Origin: Planctomycetota bacterium
GTDB lineage: Bacteria; Planctomycetota; Phycisphaerae; Phycisphaerales; SM1A02
NCBI GenBank assembly: GCA_046047335.1
Contig: JBJOIF010000166.1
Location: 1 to 27,416, forward strand
Length of the DNA stretch: 27,416 nt
Reading direction: 5' to 3'
Part shown: piece by piece, positions 1-6,620 of the stretch
How positions within the stretch are numbered: the first letter of the stretch is position 1
Layout: the number at the start of each line of letters is the position of its first letter
Translations under genes and position numbers: made by a program
The notes under the pieces: generated by a model
Told to the model about the DNA's origin: nothing
The model's database searches: none
What the model saw: the letters and a program-made list of their open reading frames with translations, nothing else

Positions 1-765
1 AGGATTGAACGAGAAGTCGAAGCTCAAGCCGGCGTAGGTGCGCTGCGCGCTGTCGATGTGCGTGTGCACCAGCTTGGCGCTCGTGACGATGGGCACCGGG
101 CAGGATTCGCCGAGCTCAAGACGGATCCAGAACAGGCGGTGCCGCGACAGCGCGCCGGCCTCCGCGGGCTCCACGACCAGTCCCGCGCCCCCGCCACCCA
201 TGTTGGCCAAATGCGCCGAGAGTCGAGGCCCGACGGTCGGCAGCAGCGCTTCCTCGTCGCGCGGCTCGGGGGAACGCCCCGCTTCCAGTGCGGCGAAGGC
301 GAGCTCGTTGGCTCGCTCGGCGGCCACCACGCTCTTGGGGTCAAGCAGCGGCCAGACGTCGACCGGCGGGAGGGCGAGGGGCCCGACGTCGACGCGCGCG
401 TGCCGGCGCAGGCAGCGCTCGACCCGCTCGGGGAGCGCCAGGCGCACCGCACCGTTGCGCGCGTCGTGCAGCTTGCCCGGGGCGATCTCCTCCACGACCG
501 AGGTGCGGAACTCCCACCGGTTCTGCCCGATCACGATGAAGGCCACCAGGCGCGTGCCCGAGTGCAGCGGCATCGCCCGGCCGAGGGCGCCCGGGTTCTC
601 GACCACGATGCCGTCGTCGCGGACGTCGATGATCCGCAGCCGCCACACCAGGTCATGGCCACGGGCGTCGTCGCGCGCCACGGCCACCTCGAGCGAACCG
701 CCCTTGTCGCGCAGTTCCTCGAGACTCCGGCGCCATTCCTGGGTTCGCGATCGTGATGCGGGCAT
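1..765 (-). CDS. PilZ/YcgR-like (flagellar brake type) c-di-GMP receptor protein, 3'-truncated by window edge
   Basis: Not in the ORF track; translated by hand from ATG at 765: MPASRSRTQEWRRSLEELRDKGGSLEVAVARDDARGHDLVWRLRIIDVRDDGIVVENPGALGRAMPLHSGTRLVAFIVIGQNRWEFRT...VRLALPERVERCLRRHARVD...AHLANMGGGGAGLVV...YAGLSFDFSFNP. No stop over 255 codons. RxxxR (RRHAR, 394-408) and (D/N)xxxGG-like (NMGGGG, 187-204) PilZ motifs follow a beta-rich YcgR-like N-domain. AGGAG lies 5 nt upstream. Confidence 0.75.
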   Translation of the reverse strand, partial: MPASRSRTQEWRRSLEELRDKGGSLEVAVARDDARGHDLVWRLRIIDVRDDGIVVENPGALGRAMPLHSGTRLVAFIVIGQNRWEFRTSVVEEIAPGKLHDARNGAVRLALPERVERCLRRHARVDVGPLALPPVDVWPLLDPKSVVAAERANELAFAALEAGRSPEPRDEEALLPTVGPRLSAHLANMGGGGAGLVVEPAEAGALSRHRLFWIRLELGESCPVPIVTSAKLVHTHIDSAQRTYAGLSFDFSFNP

Positions 766-770
766 CGTTG

Positions 771-775
771 CTCCT
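771..775 (-). promoter_or_regulatory. Shine-Dalgarno site (AGGAG) of the PilZ-like gene
   Basis: Minus strand reads AGGAG-caacg-ATG (ATG at 765). Confidence 0.65.
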
Positions 776-801
776 GGGTACTGCGGGCCGGATGACCGCG
801 C

Positions 802-3078
802 TCAGCGAGTGTATCCCGCGGCAAGCGCGGTCCGGAGCCGCAGCACCGCTGCCTCCGCGGCGACGCGCTCGGTGGGCGTCGGGCGCTCGCCGCCGAACCG
901 CACCCGGTAGAGTCGCTCGGCGATCTCCCGAAGCGCCTCGGCGCCGTCCGGCGAGCGCTCGCGGAGTGCCTCGGCATGCGCAAGCGGCGTCCGCCAGTTC
1001 GGCTTCGCGAGGCCCGCACGCCGGAGCGCGTCGAGCGCGTCCAGATAGAAGCGCGCATCGCGTGCCAGCCTCCGGCGCTCCGCCCGCCCGAGCGCGGCGG
1101 CACCGAGCTGCCGGCCAACGCGGCGCGCGCGACGCATGAGGATCATGGCCACCGCCACGGCCAGCACCGCGGCGCTCGCGGCCGAGGCGATCCACGCGAA
1201 ACCGGCTGCGCCGGGCATGAACCAGCGCACCGCCAGCGCGCGCACGTCGTCGGCGCGCGCACCCAGCCAGTCGCGTGCCTGCCGAGAGCCGGCGCCGAGC
1301 CGCTCCGCGATCTCGGCCTGAGAGCGGCTGTCGAACCCGGCGAACCGGCTGTTCCACGCGAACTCCACCGGATCGAGGAGCCACCGGAACCCGTCGAGCC
1401 ACGTGCGGTTGGCCTGCTGGATCGCCAGCAGCTCCTCCATCGGCGATGGGTCGAACGTGACCCACTGCCAGTCGCCGGTGCGCACCTCCACCCACGCGTG
1501 CGCTCCCGACTCTCGGAACACGAATCGGTCGGCGACACCGTCGTACTCGGTGGAGATGAAGCCGGTCACGAGCCGCGCATCGATCCCCATCGATCGGCAG
1601 AGCGCGGCCATCGCCGAGGCGAACAGTTCGCAATGCCCGAAGCGGTAGCGCTCCAGGAACAGCACGATCGGGTCCTCGTCGCCGACGCGGCGGAACGACG
1701 ACAGGTCGGTCGTGTATCGGAAGCGCGCGCTGGACAGGTACGCCTCGAAGTAGGCCGCGATGCGGCGGTCGCGGACGCGGCGCAGCTCGGGGTCGCGCGC
1801 TGCCTCGGCCTCAGCGGGCAGGTCCACCAAGTCGGACTCGCGGAGGATGGTCTCGGCGATCTCCCGGATCCGCGGCACGGGGAACGAGGGGGCGGGACCA
1901 TCGGCCGGCGCGGATCCGGGCAGCACGGCCTGCACGAACCTCGCCTGCGGGTAGGCCTGCATCCGGATCGCGTACCCGCGCGGCCGGCCGGCGGACCCAC
2001 CGTAGTCGGAGAGCTCTCCCGTGCGGGTGTCCAGCGCGAACGCCCGGGACTCCTCGGACGCGATGGCCAGCGGCATCCATGCGGAGAACACGCGATCGCT
2101 TGCGAGCGACCGCATCTGGACCACCTGCGTCCACACGTTGGAACGCTCGTCGCGGACCTCGGGCGCGAACGGTTCGAACCTCCCACCGGGGGCCGGCCGG
2201 AAGGTCTTCCACCGCGTGCGGTCCATGCGTTCGCGCCAACGCGCCTCGGCCGGGTCGTAGCGATCGAGCACGGCGCCGCGCATACGCAGCGGCATGGTGA
2301 GCTCGGCCGCGACGTCGCGCGGATCGAGGAGCCGCACGGTCATGGCCACGCGCGAGCTCTGCGAGATGCGACCGCCCGACCAGAGCTGGACGTCCGGCCG
2401 GAACCCGCTCACCCGCGCGCCGCCCTGCCCCGTGCCGGAGATGTCGCGCGGGAACACGGCGAAGGCAGCGACGCTCATCATCAGGCCGATCACGATGCCG
2501 GCGGCGGCCGTGCGCCGGACGCTCCGCGCGACCCCCGACCCCTGCGGGGCCTCCACCGCCAGTCCTGCACCCCCACCCGGGACCGCCGCACGGCGCGCGT
2601 CCGACGCAGCCTCCGCACCCGAATGCATCTGGTGAAGCATGGCAAACGGCACGAGTGCCGCGATCCCCGCGATCACCAGTGCGCCCACGGGAAGTTCCGA
2701 GGATGCAAGGGCCGCACTCACCATCAGCACGACCGAAAGGACCGCCACCTGCCGCCAGTCACGCGATCGCTTGCGATCGCCGAGCTTCACGAGCATCGCC
2801 GCCAGTACCACGGTCCCCACGATGCCCGCCGCCTCCTCGGGGCCAGGGCGCGAGGCAAACTCGACGCCGCCCCACGCGATGGCCCCCAGCACCCCGATGC
2901 GCACCGCCCACCCCGGGAGCGTGCGGGCGCGGGGACCCTCGGTGAGGGCGATCGCCGCGATCGCCAAGCCGCCGCCCGCCACCAGCACCCAGGCGTCGCG
3001 CTGGCTGGCGGCGAACGACGCGATGGCCAGGAGGACCACCGCCAGCGCCATCCGCCGATGCGCCACCGCCACGTTCAC
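802..3078 (-). CDS. TgpA-like membrane protein: multi-TM DUF3488-like region, transglutaminase-like domain, C-terminal TM and DUF4129-like tail
   Basis: About 6 N-terminal hydrophobic helices. Catalytic motifs GHCELFAS (Cys 1630-1632), AHAWVEV (His 1498-1500), WVTFDPSP (Asp 1450-1452). Tail TPLAHA...LYRVRFGG is typical of DUF4129. GTG start overlaps the DUF58 stop (GTGA). Confidence 0.92.
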   Translation of the reverse strand: MNVAVAHRRMALAVVLLAIASFAASQRDAWVLVAGGGLAIAAIALTEGPRARTLPGWAVRIGVLGAIAWGGVEFASRPGPEEAAGIVGTVVLAAMLVKLGDRKRSRDWRQVAVLSVVLMVSAALASSELPVGALVIAGIAALVPFAMLHQMHSGAEAASDARRAAVPGGGAGLAVEAPQGSGVARSVRRTAAAGIVIGLMMSVAAFAVFPRDISGTGQGGARVSGFRPDVQLWSGGRISQSSRVAMTVRLLDPRDVAAELTMPLRMRGAVLDRYDPAEARWRERMDRTRWKTFRPAPGGRFEPFAPEVRDERSNVWTQVVQMRSLASDRVFSAWMPLAIASEESRAFALDTRTGELSDYGGSAGRPRGYAIRMQAYPQARFVQAVLPGSAPADGPAPSFPVPRIREIAETILRESDLVDLPAEAEAARDPELRRVRDRRIAAYFEAYLSSARFRYTTDLSSFRRVGDEDPIVLFLERYRFGHCELFASAMAALCRSMGIDARLVTGFISTEYDGVADRFVFRESGAHAWVEVRTGDWQWVTFDPSPMEELLAIQQANRTWLDGFRWLLDPVEFAWNSRFAGFDSRSQAEIAERLGAGSRQARDWLGARADDVRALAVRWFMPGAAGFAWIASAASAAVLAVAVAMILMRRARRVGRQLGAAALGRAERRRLARDARFYLDALDALRRAGLAKPNWRTPLAHAEALRERSPDGAEALREIAERLYRVRFGGERPTPTERVAAEAAVLRLRTALAAGYTR

Positions 3079-4184
3079 GGCGCACCTCCGGCCCGAAGCA
3101 GCGCCAGCTGCGCGGCCGTGAGGTGCACGGCGTTGCCGCCACCCACGGAGAGATCGGCGCGGTCCGGGTGCACGACCACCACCGCGCTCCGCTCCCGAGC
3201 CGGGGGCAATGCCGCCGATCCGTCGCGCGGGGCATCGAGATCGAGCGCGGCCAGCGCCGCCAGCGACTTCTCGAGGTGGCGCACGCCGCCGCGCATCGCC
3301 ATTGCCGGAGTGGGCAGCCCGAGCACGCCGAGCCGCACCTCCATGCCTGCCGAGGATGCCTCCGACAGCAGGCTGGCCGCCAGCACGATCGCATCCTCCT
3401 CGAGGTCACGGCCGGCACCGACGCCGTCCACGGTGCGAAGCGCATCGGTGGGCCGGCGCAGGTCCAGCACCACGAGCAACCGCGGCGGGGCATCCACCGA
3501 TCGTTCCACCACCGCCAGCTCGCCGCCGCTCACGCTGCGGCGCCACGCCACGCTGCGGATGCTGTCGCCGGGCCGGTAGTCGCGGATCCCAAGGAAGTCG
3601 GTGCCCGCCCCGGCCTCGCGGCTTGCGCCCGCACCCGATCGACCCGCTCCGGCGAGCTGGGGCAGCGCGCCTCGACGCAGCCGCTCCACGCGCGGAAGCA
3701 CCAGGCACTCGCCGGGCTCGTCGAACCTCACGCTCTTGCGCAGCAGCCCGAAGGGGAACGCCGTCTCCACGCGGAACGCGGAGAGCCGCAAGGGACCGCG
3801 GCGACTCGGCCACGCCACCGTCTCGGCCACCACGGTCTCGCCCGCGGCCACATGCTGGACGAACGCGGGCGCCGCCGCCGGGTCACCCGCCTCGCGCACC
3901 GCCAGCGCAAAGGCCGGCCACAGGCGCGATCGCTGCGTCACCGCGTAGCGCACCACCAGCGGCTCCCCGACGCGGCCCGTGCGCGGCATGAGCCGCGACG
4001 CGCGAATCCCCATCAATGGTGCACCCGAGAGCAGGCCCGAGAGCAGGATGCCAGAGAGCATCGCCGCGAAGATCCACACCAGGAGGTTGCCGGGCCGGTT
4101 GGCGGCGGCCACGCCGAGCACCAGCACCAGGCCCAGGTAGAGCAGGCCGGGAACGTTCAGGTGATAGCGCCGTCGGAAAGCCAC
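3075..4184 (-). CDS. DUF58 domain-containing protein
   Basis: Two N-terminal TM helices, RRGPLRLSAFRVETAFPFGLLRK, and signature DFLGIRDYRPGDSIRSVAWRRS. GTG start 3 nt after the upstream stop. Confidence 0.92.
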   Translation of the reverse strand: MAFRRRYHLNVPGLLYLGLVLVLGVAAANRPGNLLVWIFAAMLSGILLSGLLSGAPLMGIRASRLMPRTGRVGEPLVVRYAVTQRSRLWPAFALAVREAGDPAAAPAFVQHVAAGETVVAETVAWPSRRGPLRLSAFRVETAFPFGLLRKSVRFDEPGECLVLPRVERLRRGALPQLAGAGRSGAGASREAGAGTDFLGIRDYRPGDSIRSVAWRRSVSGGELAVVERSVDAPPRLLVVLDLRRPTDALRTVDGVGAGRDLEEDAIVLAASLLSEASSAGMEVRLGVLGLPTPAMAMRGGVRHLEKSLAALAALDLDAPRDGSAALPPARERSAVVVVHPDRADLSVGGGNAVHLTAAQLALLRAGGAP

Positions 4185-4187
4185 GGA

Positions 4188-4712
4188 TCAGCGCCTGGTG
4201 TCGCCGATCCCGGGTTCGAACGCGCGCGCTTCGTCGATCAAGGTCCGCGTGGACTCCGGCTCGCGGAACGGAGCGCTTCGCCCCCGCGCCATCGATACCA
4301 CCACCAAGCGACCCTTGGGCTCGCGGGGCAGCTGCACCTCGTCCTCGATGGTCTGGAACCCGGAGCGACGGACGCGCAGGACCCACGCCTCTTCCATCCA
4401 CCCGGCGCCGAACGACTGCACGTCCAGCGTGAATCGCCCGTTGCCATCGGCGGTGGCCCGCGCCGCCACGGTGCGGTTCATGGTGCCCGCGTCACGGACC
4501 AGCTCGATCGTCGCGCCGGGAACGCCGGACTTCGATGCCTCGGGATCGTCGCCGCGGCCGATCGCCACGGCGCCGAATCCCTCGACCACCTTGCCCTGCA
4601 GTTCGTACGAGCAGCCCGAGGCGGTAGCCGCAGCCGCCACGGATAGGGCGACGCAGCACGCACGGAACAGGCGGCGAGCGATGGCGGACATGGCGTTCGT
4701 TCGATGGGTCAT
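4188..4712 (-). CDS. Putative lipoprotein with carboxypeptidase-regulatory-like / transthyretin-like beta-sandwich domain
   Basis: Hydrophobic signal ending in lipobox ASGC. Contains GVPGATIELVRD...ATADGNGRFTL...LRVRRSGFQT, the usual pattern of this fold. Alternative start ATG at 4691. Confidence 0.75.
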   Translation of the reverse strand: MTHRTNAMSAIARRLFRACCVALSVAAAATASGCSYELQGKVVEGFGAVAIGRGDDPEASKSGVPGATIELVRDAGTMNRTVAARATADGNGRFTLDVQSFGAGWMEEAWVLRVRRSGFQTIEDEVQLPREPKGRLVVVSMARGRSAPFREPESTRTLIDEARAFEPGIGDTRR

Positions 4713-4746
4713 GGACGTTCACGCGGTCAGGAGTTGGGCGGCGGGG

Positions 4747-5169
4747 TCAGCGCGGCACGATCGCTCGCCATGCGCCCGACACCACCGATGCCAGCATCAG
4801 CGCCAGCAGGGTCAAGGCTACGCCGATCGCCACGCGACGGATCCACCGCGGTCGGCCTCCCGGGCGCATCAGTCGCGCCACCTCGGGGGGCATGTCGCCC
4901 ACCTCCACCTCGTCCCAGTCGATGCTCCGGCCGCGCCAGCGCGCGTCCGCAAGCACCTCGCGCGCCCGGGAGAGGTCTTGCGGCAGCACGCGCACGGGCA
5001 CCCCGGGCCCACCGGCACGCAGCGGGAATCCGAACACGCCCTGCCCGGTCGGGGGCACCACGCTCGCGATCCCGGCATCCTCGAGCACGCCGCGGACGCA
5101 CTCGGCCTCGAACTCGTCGCGCGCCAAGTGCACCGTCGGCAGGAGCCCGGGGTCGGCGTCGTCGCTCAC
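4747..5169 (-). CDS. DUF2007-like (putative signal-transducing) protein with C-terminal TM helix, 140 aa
   Basis: C-terminal part of track ORF 4747..5925: MSDDADPGLLPTVHLARDEFEAECVRGVLEDAGIASVV...GVPVRVLPQDLSRAREVL (EAxxxxxxLxxxGI and VxVxxxDxxxAxxxL pattern), then IRRVAIGVALTLLALMLASVVSGAW. GTG start overlaps the upstream TGA. Confidence 0.8.
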   Translation of the reverse strand: MSDDADPGLLPTVHLARDEFEAECVRGVLEDAGIASVVPPTGQGVFGFPLRAGGPGVPVRVLPQDLSRAREVLADARWRGRSIDWDEVEVGDMPPEVARLMRPGGRPRWIRRVAIGVALTLLALMLASVVSGAWRAIVPR

Positions 5170-6536
5170 ATGCCCCTCAGGCGGTCGACCGCCTCCAGGA
5201 GCGCCGCGCTGCGGTCGGGGCCGAACATCTCGTCGGGAAGGATCACCCGCCAATCGGTGATGCGCTCGCGCGGGATGCGAAGCGAGTCGCCGGCATGCAT
5301 CTCGCGGGCGGTGACGGGTTCGTCGGAGAGGGTCGCCTCCACCACGTCGTGGTCGAAGCTCTTCACGACGAACCACCCCTGTTCGCGCCGGTCCTGCCCG
5401 TCCACCGTGCCCACCGGCGCCTGCACGTGGAACGCGCTGGAGGCCAGCTCGGACATGCCGGGCCGGTCGGAGCGGCGGACGCTGGCGAACGCGGTGGCGA
5501 ACGCCGGCCACGTGCGCTGGGCACGGCGTTCCGTGGCGGCGGCGGCGTGCTCGCTGGCGTACAGCACCACCCGGCCATCCTCCATCCGCTCGATGGTCTC
5601 GCGCGGCCATGCCCACACCTGCCGGAAGGTGCCGCGCCGCTCCGGCGAGCAGATCACCGCGCGCACGCCGGCAAGCGAACCATCGCCCTGCGCGCGCGCG
5701 GTCTCGCGGAACGCGCGCGACCCGGGCACGTCGTCGGCGATCCACTCGACGCAGTCCTGCCACGGCACCAGCGCCACCTGCGTGTCGGGGCCGACCTCCA
5801 TCGGTACGGTGGGCGGCGGAGGCGGCGCCTCCAGCAGCAGGCTGGCGACATGGTTGATGAGGATCGCCGCCGCCTGCGCATGACGCGCCGGCACCTCGAT
5901 CATCTCCAGCTCCGGGAGGCCGCACCGCGACAGCCCGGTGGTGAAGAGAAGCATCGGTGCGTCATCGTCCTCGGATCCCGTCACCGCGGTGATGGTCCAG
6001 AGGAACTCGTCGTTGGGTACGGCGTCCTGCGCGAGGAACTGCTCCTCGAGTTCCTGCCGCGGCCAGCGGCGCGCGTTGGAGACATCGAGGATGCCGGCAA
6101 GGTCGGGAAACGACCCGGCGAGGAGCGCGGTCAGGTGGAAGAACTCATCCGCCGCCTCGCCCGGCTCCAGCACGGTCTGCATCCCGATCACCCACTTGCA
6201 TGCGGCCATCGCGGGGTCGGGCAGCTGCGCCGGATCGGCAGCCAAGGCGCGCTCGGCCCAGAACACCACCGGGGCGGTCACCCCAGGCACGCGCAGCATC
6301 AGCGCCCACAGCATGCCTTCGTCCGCCTCGGGCTCGCTGGCCTCGGCGTCAAGCTCGCGGCCCACCCACGACGCCACGGCACGGCCGACTTCCTCGGCCG
6401 AGGGTGGGTCCGGGTGCGGCCAGAACCCCACCCACGCGCTGGCGACGCCCGCGGACTGCTCCCACGCCTCGGCGCCGGGAGCCGCGTCGGGCGGCCGGCC
6501 CTCGAGACCGTCGTCTTCGGGATCGGGCAACTGCAT
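5166..6536 (-). CDS. DUF4026-like plus C-terminal DUF2314 (YegJ-like) protein
   Basis: Real C-terminal third of track ORF 5166..9479. LFTTGLSRCGLPELEMIEVP resembles the DUF4026 core; REQGWFVVKSFDHDVVEATLSDEP...ITDWRVI resembles DUF2314 (EHMW...L.N.P...DW). Start 6536 chosen because TAGGAT lies 7 nt upstream (alternative 6545). Confidence 0.72.
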   Translation of the reverse strand: MQLPDPEDDGLEGRPPDAAPGAEAWEQSAGVASAWVGFWPHPDPPSAEEVGRAVASWVGRELDAEASEPEADEGMLWALMLRVPGVTAPVVFWAERALAADPAQLPDPAMAACKWVIGMQTVLEPGEAADEFFHLTALLAGSFPDLAGILDVSNARRWPRQELEEQFLAQDAVPNDEFLWTITAVTGSEDDDAPMLLFTTGLSRCGLPELEMIEVPARHAQAAAILINHVASLLLEAPPPPPTVPMEVGPDTQVALVPWQDCVEWIADDVPGSRAFRETARAQGDGSLAGVRAVICSPERRGTFRQVWAWPRETIERMEDGRVVLYASEHAAAATERRAQRTWPAFATAFASVRRSDRPGMSELASSAFHVQAPVGTVDGQDRREQGWFVVKSFDHDVVEATLSDEPVTAREMHAGDSLRIPRERITDWRVILPDEMFGPDRSAALLEAVDRLRGM

Positions 6537-6543
6537 CGCCCGC

Positions 6544-6549
6544 ATCCTA
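6544..6549 (-). promoter_or_regulatory. -10 box TAGGAT, putative leaderless promoter of the DUF4026-like gene
   Basis: TAGGAT-gcgggcg-ATG (7-nt spacer), no SD. Confidence 0.6.
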
Positions 6550-6561
6550 TGGTCCTCGCGC

Positions 6562-6599
6562 GACCACGCCCTCCCGGCGCGCCATGCCGGACCACGCCC
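6562..6599. repeat. 10-bp direct repeat GACCACGCCC x2 (28-nt period) in the divergent DUF4026/leuS spacer
   Basis: Exact copies at 6562-6571 and 6590-6599. Confidence 0.5.
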
Positions 6600-6605
6600 C
6601 GCAAG

Positions 6606-6611
6606 TAGCCT
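6606..6611 (+). promoter_or_regulatory. -10 box TAGCCT, putative leaderless or near-leaderless promoter of leuS
   Basis: TAGCCT-tcggccccc-ATG (9-nt spacer), no SD. Confidence 0.55.
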
Positions 6612-6620
6612 TCGGCCCCC

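Noticed and set aside
6537-6620. Possible T-box or attenuator upstream of leuS
   Set aside because: The spacer is 84 bp with a -10 box 9 nt from the ATG; there is no room and no T-box (AAGGTGGxACC-like) sequence.
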